Shown here: piece by piece, positions 27,306 through 35,705 of the stretch | How the letters are laid out: each line of letters starts with the position of its first letter | Position numbering within the stretch: the first letter of the stretch is position 1 | IMG/VR virus record: IMGVR_UViG_2698536687_000005 | From: a virus | Lineage: Duplodnaviria; Heunggongvirae; Uroviricota; Caudoviricetes | Strand: one strand, 5' to 3' | Length of the DNA stretch: 35,705 nucleotides | Program-made: the position numbers and the translations under genes | Notes under the pieces: model-generated | The model's input: the letters and a program-made list of their open reading frames with translations, nothing else | What the model was told of the DNA's origin: nothing | Databases searched by the model: none

Positions 27306-30300
27306 TAATAACCTGCGCCTTCAGGTCATTCTTAATGCGGTTGACAAACTCACCCGTCCATTCCGTGCTGCACAGGCCAGTTCGAAAGAGCTGGCTGGCG
27401 CAATCAGAAACTCCCGTGACGCATTAAAGCAACTCAATCAGGCGGGTAACAGCCTGGAAAAATTTCGCAAGCTGCAGGCCGATAACAAGAAGTTAGGCGA
27501 CAGGCTGAACTATGCCAGACAGAAGGCTAATTTGCTTAGCTCTGAGCTGGAGGCGATGGAACAACCATCACAACGGCACCTTGTGGCTTTAGGTCGGCAA
27601 ACGCTGGCAGTCCAACGCCTGGAAGAACAACAAAAATATTTGCAGAAGCAAACGGCGCTTGTGCGTGCAGAACTGTACCGGGCGGGAATTTCTGCGAAAG
27701 ATGATGCGGGAGCAACTGCCCGTTTAGCCCGTGAAACATCACGTTATAACCAGGAATTGTCGAAACAGGAGGCGCGCCTGAAGCGACTGGGGGAAGCTCA
27801 GCGCAGGATGGATGCGGCGCGTGCCAGTTATGCCCGTTCGCTGGAGGTGCGCGATCGTATTGCAGGAGCCGGAGCCACCACCACGGCTGCAGGGCTGGCA
27901 ATGGGTGCGCCAGTGATGGCGGCAGTAAAAAGCTATACCAGCATGGAAGATGCCATGAAAGGTGTGGCAAAGCAGGTCAATGGTCTGCGTGACGATAATG
28001 GCAATCGCACTGCACGTTTTTATGAAATGCAGGATGCCATCAAGGCTGCCAGCGAACAGTTGCCGATGGAAAACGGTGCGGTGGACTTCGCTGCACTGGT
28101 TGAAGGTGGGGCGCGCATGAACGTCGCAAACCCTGACGACAGCTGGGAAGACCAGAAACGTGACCTGCTGGCCTTCGCCAGTACGGCAGCAAAGGCGGCA
28201 ACAGCCTTTGAGCTGCCAGCGGATGAACTGTCAGAAAGTCTGGGGAAAATCGCCCAGCTCTACAAAATACCTACCCGCAATATTGAACAGCTCGGCGATG
28301 CGCTGAACTATCTGGATGATAACGCCATGTCGAAAGGGGCGGACATCATTGATGTGATGCAACGTCTGGGCGGTGTGGCTGACCGTCTGGATTATCGTAA
28401 AGCGGCGGCGCTGGGTTCCACCTTCCTGACACTGGGCGCTGCGCCGGAGGTTGCAGCCAGTGCAGCAAACGCGATGGTGCGTGAATTGTCCATTGCCACC
28501 ATGCAAAGCAAGAGTTTCTTTGAAGGAATGAATCTGCTGAAACTCAATCCTGAAGTGATTGAAAAGCAGATGACGAAGGATGCGATGGGAACTATCCAGC
28601 GCGTACTGGAGAAGGTGAACGCACTGCCGCAGGATAAACGTCTGTCTGCCATGACCATGTTGTTTGGTAAAGAGTTTGGCGATGACGCGGCGAAACTGGC
28701 AAACAACCTGCCGGAACTGCAGCGCCAGCTAAAACTGACAGCGGGCAATGATGCGCTCGGCTCCATGCAGAAAGAATCCGACATTAACAAGGACTCACTT
28801 TCTGCGCAGTGGTTGCTGGTCAAAACCGGAGCGCAGAACACCTTCAGCAGCCTGGGCGAAACGCTGCGCCAGCCGCTGATGGATATTCTGTACACGGTGA
28901 AAAACATCACGGGGGCGTTGCGCCGCTGGGTGGAAGCTAACCCGGAACTGACAGGCACACTGATGAAAGTAGCCGCTGTGGTGGCTGCGGTTACCGTAGG
29001 CCTCGGCACCTTAGCGGTGGCGCTGGCTGCAGTGCTGGGGCCGCTGGCAGTGATCCGTCTGGGATTCTCTGTGCTGGGTATCAAAACGTTACCTTCCGTT
29101 ACGGCAGCAGTAACTCGAACCAGCAGCGCGTTGTCCTGGCTGGCTGGCGCACCACTGGCACTGCTGCGACGCGGGCTTGCTTCATCGGGCAACGCCGCAG
29201 GTTTACTTACTGCGCCGTTGTCGTCTTTGCGCCGCACGGCATCACTGACGGGAAATGTCCTGAAAACTGTAGCAGGTGCGCCGGTTGCACTTTTGCGGTC
29301 TGGATTATCCGGTTTACGTGCTGTTGCTGTGATGTTTATGAATCCTTTGGCGGTACTGCGCGGTGGACTGGTCGCCGCAGGCACGGTGCTGCGAGTACTG
29401 GCATCTGGTCCACTGGCGATGCTGCGCGTTGCCCTGTATGCCGTATCTGGTCTGTTAGGTGCTCTGCTCAGTCCGATAGGTCTTGTGGTTACTGCACTGG
29501 CGGGCGTGGCGCTGGTTGTCTGGAAATACTGGCAACCCATCACCGCATTTCTTGGTGGCGTGGTGGAAGGATTCAAAGCGGCGGCAGGTCCCGTCAGTGC
29601 AGCATTCGAACCGCTTAAGCCCGTGTTCCAGTGGATTGGCGACAAAGTACAGGCGCTGTGGGGCTGGTTTACTGATCTGCTGACGCCCGTTAAGTCGACC
29701 TCTGCCGAACTGCAGAGTGCAGCGGCAATGGGGCGGCGATTCGGAGAGGCACTGGCGGAAGGGCTGAATATGGTCATGCATCCGCTGGACTCCCTGAAAT
29801 CCGGCGTTTCCTGGTTGCTGGAGAAACTTGGCATTGTCAGTAAAGAGGCCGCAAAGGCAAAACTGCCGGAAAGCGTGACGCGTCAGCAACCTGCGACGGT
29901 GAATGCAGACGGTAAAGTGATGATGCCATCGGGTGGTTTTCCGTCATGGGGATATGGTTTTGCGGGGATGTATGACAGCGGCGGGTATATCCCGCGCGGG
30001 CAGTTTGGCATCGTCGGTGAAAACGGGCCGGAAATTGTTAACGGCCCGGCAAATGTAACCAGCCGGAGAAATACAGCTGCACTGGCTGCCGTTGTCGCCG
30101 GAATGATGGGCGTTGCTGCCGCGCCAGCAGAGCTTCCACCGTTGCACCCTTTGGCACTTCCCGCGAAAGGCGGTGAAGCGATGGTGAGTCGCGCAGCCAC
30201 TGTGCCGCTCGTTCAACAGATTGAGGCACCGACGCAGATCATCATTCAGACGCAGCCAGGACAAAGTGCGCAGGATATTGCGCGGGAGGTGGCACGCCAG

Positions 30301-30375
30301 CTTGATGAACGTGAACGCAGGCTGAAGGCAAAAGCCAGGAGTAACTACAGCGATCAGGGGGGATACGACGCATGA
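27295..30375 (+). CDS. T: Tail tape measure protein (P2 gpT family, expanded)
   Basis: 1026 aa; coiled-coil N-terminal third, hydrophobic repeat-rich middle, position between E/E' and U. Confidence 0.88.
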   Translation: MMSDNNLRLQVILNAVDKLTRPFRAAQASSKELAGAIRNSRDALKQLNQAGNSLEKFRKLQADNKKLGDRLNYARQKANLLSSELEAMEQPSQRHLVALGRQTLAVQRLEEQQKYLQKQTALVRAELYRAGISAKDDAGATARLARETSRYNQELSKQEARLKRLGEAQRRMDAARASYARSLEVRDRIAGAGATTTAAGLAMGAPVMAAVKSYTSMEDAMKGVAKQVNGLRDDNGNRTARFYEMQDAIKAASEQLPMENGAVDFAALVEGGARMNVANPDDSWEDQKRDLLAFASTAAKAATAFELPADELSESLGKIAQLYKIPTRNIEQLGDALNYLDDNAMSKGADIIDVMQRLGGVADRLDYRKAAALGSTFLTLGAAPEVAASAANAMVRELSIATMQSKSFFEGMNLLKLNPEVIEKQMTKDAMGTIQRVLEKVNALPQDKRLSAMTMLFGKEFGDDAAKLANNLPELQRQLKLTAGNDALGSMQKESDINKDSLSAQWLLVKTGAQNTFSSLGETLRQPLMDILYTVKNITGALRRWVEANPELTGTLMKVAAVVAAVTVGLGTLAVALAAVLGPLAVIRLGFSVLGIKTLPSVTAAVTRTSSALSWLAGAPLALLRRGLASSGNAAGLLTAPLSSLRRTASLTGNVLKTVAGAPVALLRSGLSGLRAVAVMFMNPLAVLRGGLVAAGTVLRVLASGPLAMLRVALYAVSGLLGALLSPIGLVVTALAGVALVVWKYWQPITAFLGGVVEGFKAAAGPVSAAFEPLKPVFQWIGDKVQALWGWFTDLLTPVKSTSAELQSAAAMGRRFGEALAEGLNMVMHPLDSLKSGVSWLLEKLGIVSKEAAKAKLPESVTRQQPATVNADGKVMMPSGGFPSWGYGFAGMYDSGGYIPRGQFGIVGENGPEIVNGPANVTSRRNTAALAAVVAGMMGVAAAPAELPPLHPLALPAKGGEAMVSRAATVPLVQQIEAPTQIIIQTQPGQSAQDIAREVARQLDERERRLKAKARSNYSDQGGYDA
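29131..29440 (+). repeat. About five tandem ~60-bp (20-aa) repeats inside T
   Basis: Recurring 'GAPLALLRRGL / TAPLSSLRRTA / GAPVALLRSGL / NPLAVLRGGL / GPLAMLRVAL' units. Confidence 0.6.
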
Positions 30376-30857
30376 TGATGGTGCTGGGATTGTACGTGTT
30401 TATGCTGCGCACCGTTCCGTATGAGGAACTGCAGTATCAACGCAGCTGGCGACATGCGGCAAACAGCCGGGTTAACCGACGCCCGTCAACGCAGTTTCTG
30501 GGACCGGATAACGACATGCTGACGCTTTCTGGCGTTCTTATGCCGGAGATAACAGGCGGCAGGCTGTCGTTGCTGGCACTGGAGCAGATGGCAGAACAGG
30601 GGAAAGCATGGCCCCTGATTGAAGGCAGCGGCACGATTTACGGCATGTATGTGATTGAGGGACTGAATCAGACTAAAACGGAGTTTTTCCGCGACGGTAT
30701 GCCGCGCCGGATTGAGTTCACCCTGTCGCTCAAACGAGTGGATGAATCCCTGTCCGATATGTTCGGTGATCTCAGTGCGCAACTGAATAATCTGCAGGAA
30801 ACGGCAACATCTGCTTTAAGCGATATCAGTAAAACGGTGGGAGGGCTGCTGTCGTGA
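30372..30857 (+). CDS. U: Tail protein U
   Basis: 161 aa; position and size as P2 gpU. Confidence 0.85.
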   Translation: MMMVLGLYVFMLRTVPYEELQYQRSWRHAANSRVNRRPSTQFLGPDNDMLTLSGVLMPEITGGRLSLLALEQMAEQGKAWPLIEGSGTIYGMYVIEGLNQTKTEFFRDGMPRRIEFTLSLKRVDESLSDMFGDLSAQLNNLQETATSALSDISKTVGGLLS

Positions 30858-31954
30858 ATTTCAGCTCTGAACTGCTTAACAAGGGCAACAAAACTCCCGC
30901 ATTCAGCATCAGTATTGAGGGCAGGGATATCACTACTGTGCTGGACAACCGCCTGATGGGGCTTACGCTGACGGATAACCGGGGCTTTGAAGCGGACCAG
31001 CTTGATCTGGAGCTGGACGATGCTGACGGAAAAATCGTGCTGCCGCGCCGTGGTGCGGTCATTACGCTGGCGCTGGGCTGGAAGGGGCAGCCGCTTTTCC
31101 CGAAAGGGGCATTCACGGTGGACGAGATTGAACACACTGGCGCACCGGACCGCCTGACTATCCGGGCGCGAAGTGCTGATTTTCGGGAAACGCTGAATAC
31201 CCGCCGTGAAAAGTCGTGGCACAAGACCACGGTCGGGGAAGTGGTGAAGGAAATAGCCGCGCGGCACAAACTGAAGATGGCATTGGGTAAAGACCTGTCA
31301 GATAAACCCGTGGAACATATAGACCAGACCAATGAGAGTGACGGCAGTTTTCTGATGCGGCTGGCGCGCCAGTACGGTGCTATTGCGTCGGTGAAAAATG
31401 GCAATCTGTTATTCATCCGGCAGGGACAGGGTAAAAGCGCCAGCGGTAAACCACTACCGGTTATCACTATCACACGTAAGGACGGCGACAGTCACCGCTT
31501 TACCCTGGCAGATCGCGGAGCCTACACGGGCGTAATTGCCAGCTGGTTGCATACCCGCGAACCCGCGAAGAATGAAAGCACCACGGTGAAGCGTAAGCGC
31601 AGGACTAAGAAGCAGAAGAAAGAGCCGGAAGCGAAGCAGGGCGATTACCTGGTGGGTACAGATGAAAACGTGCTGGTACTTAATCGCACCTATGCCAACC
31701 GGAGCAACGCCGAACGGGCGGCGAAAATGCAGTGGGAACGCCTGCAACGCGGCGTTGCGTCATTCTCGCTACAACTGGCAGAAGGTCGGGCAGATCTCTA
31801 CACGGAAATGCCAGTGAAAGTCAGTGGCTTTAAACAGCCGATAGATGATGCGGAATGGACCATTACGACTCTGACGCATACCGTCAGCCCCGATAACGGT
31901 TTTACAACCAGTCTGGAGCTTGAAGTGAGGATTGATGATTTCGAAATGGAATGA
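30854..31954 (+). CDS. D: Tail protein D (late control D family)
   Basis: 366 aa; GTG start overlapping U stop; P2 gpD-like. Confidence 0.85.
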   Translation: MNFSSELLNKGNKTPAFSISIEGRDITTVLDNRLMGLTLTDNRGFEADQLDLELDDADGKIVLPRRGAVITLALGWKGQPLFPKGAFTVDEIEHTGAPDRLTIRARSADFRETLNTRREKSWHKTTVGEVVKEIAARHKLKMALGKDLSDKPVEHIDQTNESDGSFLMRLARQYGAIASVKNGNLLFIRQGQGKSASGKPLPVITITRKDGDSHRFTLADRGAYTGVIASWLHTREPAKNESTTVKRKRRTKKQKKEPEAKQGDYLVGTDENVLVLNRTYANRSNAERAAKMQWERLQRGVASFSLQLAEGRADLYTEMPVKVSGFKQPIDDAEWTITTLTHTVSPDNGFTTSLELEVRIDDFEME

Positions 31955-32044
31955 TTCTTCGCAATGGAGAACTTTTAAGTTTGCAAAATGGAATAATGCG
32001 GTATCATTATTGTGAATTTAGCAAAAATGGGGAGAACTCGAAAA

Positions 32045-32263
32045 ATGATGATTTGCCCACTGTGTGGAAGTGCCGCCCATACTCGCAGCAGTTTTCAGGT
32101 ATCTTCATTGACCAAAGAGCGTTACAACCAGTGCCAGAACATTAACTGCAGCCATACTTTTGTTACCCATGAAACTTTTGTTCGTTCGATTGCAACGCCA
32201 AAAGAGTCAAATCCGGTTCAGCCGCATCCAATGAAATCAGGACAGGTGGCGCTCTCTCTTTGA
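32045..32263 (+). CDS. ogr: Late gene transcription activator Ogr/B (zinc finger)
   Basis: 72 aa from ATG at 32045; 'CPLCGSAAH ... YNQCQNINCSHTF' C-x2-C ... C-x4-C arrangement as in P2 Ogr. Confidence 0.85.
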   Translation: MMICPLCGSAAHTRSSFQVSSLTKERYNQCQNINCSHTFVTHETFVRSIATPKESNPVQPHPMKSGQVALSL

Positions 32264-32331
32264 CTCTGCCGCCATTTTTTCACCATTGCTAAAAACAGTG
32301 ATTCTAAAAATCATTGTTTTCGAATAAGTGC

Positions 32332-32862
32332 CTAGCATCCGATAAGGTCGTTTGCTTCAAACTTTGGCAAATGATACTCATTTGCCAAATGTTCGTTATC
32401 TTTGTTATTTTTTAAATATTTGTATTTTAATGTATTTTTATCTTCATTGTATGATAATAAAGCTTCCCCGATAGGAACATCACGCCACCCTATTTGAATG
32501 CAAAGAAGGATAGTGACCTGCCCTTTATGGTTTAGCTTACCCGAGAATGTAAAGGTGCATTTCTCTTCATCAAGGCTTGTTGATGAACAGTTAGTGATAG
32601 TCCCTCCCAAATTGCCGACGACATCTGATGACTCAATTTTTATGCTTATTATATTCTCATTATGGTTGCGAATATCACCAACATTGTTCCAGTTTTTTGA
32701 GACTAGAAGCTCAATAATTCTTTTTTTCTTAAGGCGTTTTACTTCCTTTGCCTGTGGTGAGTATAAGAGGTATGCGGGTATGCCTGCTACAATCGTTGCT
32801 ACAATTGCCAGCACAGCTAATATAATGGTAACCATCTGAAGTCCTTGTTCTTCTGCCGCCAT
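32332..32862 (-). CDS. Membrane-anchored protein of unknown function (cargo between ogr and host junction)
   Basis: 176 aa; N-terminal TM helix (LQMVTIILAVLAIVATIVAGIPAYLLY); strongly AT-rich unlike flanking phage and host DNA. Confidence 0.6.
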   Translation of the reverse strand: MAAEEQGLQMVTIILAVLAIVATIVAGIPAYLLYSPQAKEVKRLKKKRIIELLVSKNWNNVGDIRNHNENIISIKIESSDVVGNLGGTITNCSSTSLDEEKCTFTFSGKLNHKGQVTILLCIQIGWRDVPIGEALLSYNEDKNTLKYKYLKNNKDNEHLANEYHLPKFEANDLIGC

Positions 32863-32930
32863 TTTGCCGCCAAAGATAAGTAAAGTAGTTTCTAACTTAT
32901 TGATTATGGAATGGAAGAATAGCAGGCAAC

Positions 32931-32973
32931 AAAAAACCCATCAACCTTGAACCGAAATGGCGGGGTTGATGGG
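32931..32973 (-). terminator. Intrinsic terminator on minus strand downstream of ybjL
   Basis: 10-bp stem CCCATCAACC/GGTTGATGGG (32937-32946, 32964-32973) preceded on plus strand by AAAAAA (a U-tract on the minus-strand transcript). Confidence 0.55.
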
Positions 32974-33085
32974 CTCCACAAAATGGGGACATCAAAGAAA
33001 AGCAGTGGCACTAATTAAGACTGATGCCCTGCGGAAAAGTTCTGCGGTTGTGCAAAAAAATTTCATTTTCAGGGCAACTTCAGTT

Positions 33086-34771
33086 TTATCCTAATCCTGG
33101 CCATACCATGACGATGATTGTCCCTGCCAGCGTCAGCAGGACGTTGGCGATTGCATAGGTGCCCGCATAGCCCAGCGCCGGGATGTTACTGCGAGCTGTA
33201 TCACTGATGATCTCCATTGCCGGCGCGCAGGTACGTGCGCCCATCATTGCGCCGAACAACAGCGCGCGGTTCATTCGCAATACATAAGCACCGAACAAGA
33301 AACAGATAACCACGGGCACCAGACTGACAATCAATCCGGCAATCAACATCTGACCGCCAATCGCGCCCAGGCCGTTATTAATACCGCTACCGGCGCTCAG
33401 ACCAACGCCTGCCATAAACACCATCAAGCCGAACTCTTTCACCATGCTTAATGCACCCTGCGGAATGTAACCGAAGGTCGGGTGGTTAGCACGCATAAAG
33501 CCCAGCATAATTCCGGCGAATAACAACCCGGCAGCGTTCCCCATGCCGAAACTGAATGTGCTGAACTGGAAGGTGATCATCCCGATCATCAGCCCAATAA
33601 CAAAGAAGGCGCAGAATGCCAGCAGGTCAGTGACCTGGCTGTGAATCGAGATAAAGCCGATGCGATCGGCGATGGTTTTTACGCGGCGGGCATCGCCGCT
33701 GACTTGTAAAACGTCACCTTTGTTAAGCACGACGTTGTCATCTATCGGCATCTCAATCTGGCTACGAATGACGCGGTTAAGGAAGCAACCGTGATCGGTC
33801 AACTTCAGTTGTGCGAGACGTTTACCTACAGCGTTATGGTTTTTAACGACCACTTCTTCAGTGACGATACGCATGTCGAGAAGGTCACGATCGAAAACTT
33901 CTTTACCGTTACGGAAGCTGGGATCGAGTCGGGCATGGGCGTCGGGATAGCCTACCAACGCTATTTCATCGCCCATTTGTAGCACGGCATCACCGTCTGG
34001 ATTTGCCAGAATCCCGTTACGTCGAATACGTTCAATGTAGCAGCCGGTTTGTCGATAAATACCCAGTTCACGCAGATTTTTGCCGTCGGTCCAGGCCACC
34101 AGTTCCGGGCCGACGCGATAGGCGCGGATCACCGGTAAATAAACCTTACGGTTGGCATCAGTGTCCAGGCCACGTTCGCGGGCGATTTGCTGGGCGCTGG
34201 TCTGTAAGTCCTGATGCTGCAATTTCGGCAAGTAACGCGCACCAACAATCAAACTCACCAGACCGATTAAATAGGTTAAGGCATACCCGAGGCTCAGATT
34301 ATCCAGTGCCAGTGAGAGCTGCCTGCTTTCCATGCCGGAATGACGCAGTGTATCGCCAGCACCGACCAGAACCGGTGTCGACGTCATAGAGCCTGCTAAC
34401 ATACCGGCCGTCAGGCCAATATCCCAGCCAAACAGCTTACCTAACCCTAAGGCGATCACCAGCGCACTGCCAACCATCACCAGTGCTAACATTAGGTAAT
34501 TTTTCCCATCGCGAAAAAAAATGGAAAAAAAGTTCGGTCCGGCTTCGACCCCGACGCAGAAAATAAACAGCATAAAGCCAAGATTAAGCGCATCGGTGTT
34601 AATGCTGAAATGTTGTTGGCCTAATAACAGCGATACGACTAAAACGCCAATGGAATTACCCAGTTGGATCGAACCAAGTCGTAACTTTCCGAGACATAGC
34701 CCAAGCGCGAGGACCACAAATAATAACAGAATGTAATTCCCATTTAACAATTCGGCGACGTTTATATTCAC
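33086..34771 (-). CDS. ybjL: Host putative transporter YbjL
   Basis: 561-aa polytopic membrane protein recognised as E. coli YbjL; synteny with ybjM and grxA. Confidence 0.9.
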
Positions 34772-35040
34772 GGAGGCTAACTTCTTGTTTACTAGTAAGC
34801 TGTTGAAAGAAATGGTAATTTACGATAATGTTTTTTACCAGAATTCAGGGCGCAGATTCATTCAGCGCACCTAAACGATAGTAAAGTAACAATATATTTT
34901 ACTAGTGTAATCACATTAGGTATCAACGGCTATATGAATTGCGTTGGCCTATATTAGCATGGAATGCGAAGCGGCTTTATCTTACTGAACGCCACACTGG
35001 CGAAAAATGTGTTCGATAGACGCAGTGTCAGGAGGAACGA

Positions 35041-35418
35041 GTGAAACATAAACAACGTTGGGCGGGGGCAATCTGCTGTTTTGTCCTCTTCATTGTGGTG
35101 TGCCTTTTTCTGGCGACGCACATGAAAGGCGCTTTTCGGGCTGCCGGGCATCCTGAAATCGGCTTGCTATTTTTCATTCTTCCTGGAGCAGTCGCCAGCT
35201 TCTTTTCACAGCGTAGAGAAGTCCTGAAACCTCTGTTTGGCGCAATGCTGGCGGCACCCTGTTCGATGCTCATTATGCGGCTGTTTTTTTCACCGACGCG
35301 CTCATTCTGGCAAGAGCTGGCATGGTTACTAAGCGCGGTGTTCTGGTGTGCGCTGGGGGCACTGTGTTTCTTATTTATCAGTAGTTTGTTTAAACCACAG
35401 CACAGAAAAAATCAGTAA
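35041..35418 (+). CDS. ybjM: Host inner-membrane protein YbjM
   Basis: 125 aa, four hydrophobic segments; synteny between ybjL and grxA. Confidence 0.85.
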   Translation: MKHKQRWAGAICCFVLFIVVCLFLATHMKGAFRAAGHPEIGLLFFILPGAVASFFSQRREVLKPLFGAMLAAPCSMLIMRLFFSPTRSFWQELAWLLSAVFWCALGALCFLFISSLFKPQHRKNQ

Positions 35419-35447
35419 AGCCCTCAACGCGAGGGCTTGTCAGACGA

Positions 35448-35705
35448 TCAGGCGTCCAGATTTTCTTTCACCCATGCAGCAAAATCGGTATAGCCGCCGA
35501 TATGTTGCTGATCGACAAAAATCTGCGGCACGGTTTCTACGGGTTTACCTGCCTTTTGTTGTAGATCTTCTTTAGTGATCCCTTCCGCACGAATATCTAC
35601 ATACTGATACTGAAAATCATCGCGTTCATTGCTCAATTTCTCAGCCAGATCTTTTGCACGCACACAGTAAGGGCAACCCGAACGACCAAAAATAACGGTT
35701 TGCAT
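35448..35705 (-). CDS. grxA: Host glutaredoxin 1
   Basis: 85 aa; active site 'CPYC'; start codon at window end (35703-35705). Confidence 0.9.
   Translation of the reverse strand: MQTVIFGRSGCPYCVRAKDLAEKLSNERDDFQYQYVDIRAEGITKEDLQQKAGKPVETVPQIFVDQQHIGGYTDFAAWVKENLDA

Larger units (their letters stand above)
1..32930. mobile_element. P2/186-family prophage, nearly complete; attL lies left of the window, attR somewhere in 32264-33085
   Basis: Canonical P2-family gene order from int to ogr, with cos-proximal Q/P and host genes ybjL/ybjM/grxA on the right flank. Right boundary is approximate. Confidence 0.88.

Noticed and set aside
28392-29834. 480-aa minus-strand ORF, and similar long antisense ORFs across the structural region (for example 7330-8070, 19803-20360, 22248-22886, 30826-31473)
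   Set aside because: They lie entirely antisense to well-supported phage genes in GC-rich DNA, have low-complexity Ser/Ala/Pro/Arg-rich translations and no start context; judged to be spurious open frames.
1-35705. tRNA or other structured RNA gene at the prophage ends
   Set aside because: No cloverleaf-like sequence recognised near the int end or the ogr end; the flanking host gene is ybjL, not a tRNA. Not checked computationally.

Overview
The window is almost entirely one P2/186-family temperate myovirus prophage (about 1-32.9 kb), followed by host genes ybjL, ybjM and grxA. Gene order is canonical: int, a 186-type immunity switch (cI, apl, cII), early genes (TraR-like, Dam, replication gene A), a candidate cos site, then Q-P-O-N-M-L-X, lysis cassette, R-S-V-W-J-I-H-G, FI-FII-E/E'-T-U-D and ogr. 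Against this backbone, four AT-rich cargo loci stand out as the best candidates for an undescribed system: (1) a membrane-anchored coiled-coil DUF4041/T5orf172 (GIY-YIG-like) gene inserted in the lysogenic operon between cI and int; (2) in the A-to-cos position where P2 carries tin/old, a perfect LexA box in front of a small ORF plus two co-oriented lipoprotein genes with palindromic upstream elements; (3) a Zn-ribbon + DUF4145 (HEPN-like) gene between the candidate cos site and Q; (4) a membrane-anchored gene between ogr and the host junction. Other sequence-visible signals are the E/E' T6G frameshift site, three TGT-N12-ACA late-promoter dyads, a terminator hairpin that contains the int ribosome-binding site, and a tandem module duplication in tail fibre gene H. 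All domain and family calls come from reading the translations by eye; no searches were run. No CRISPR array, tRNA or reverse transcriptase was seen.
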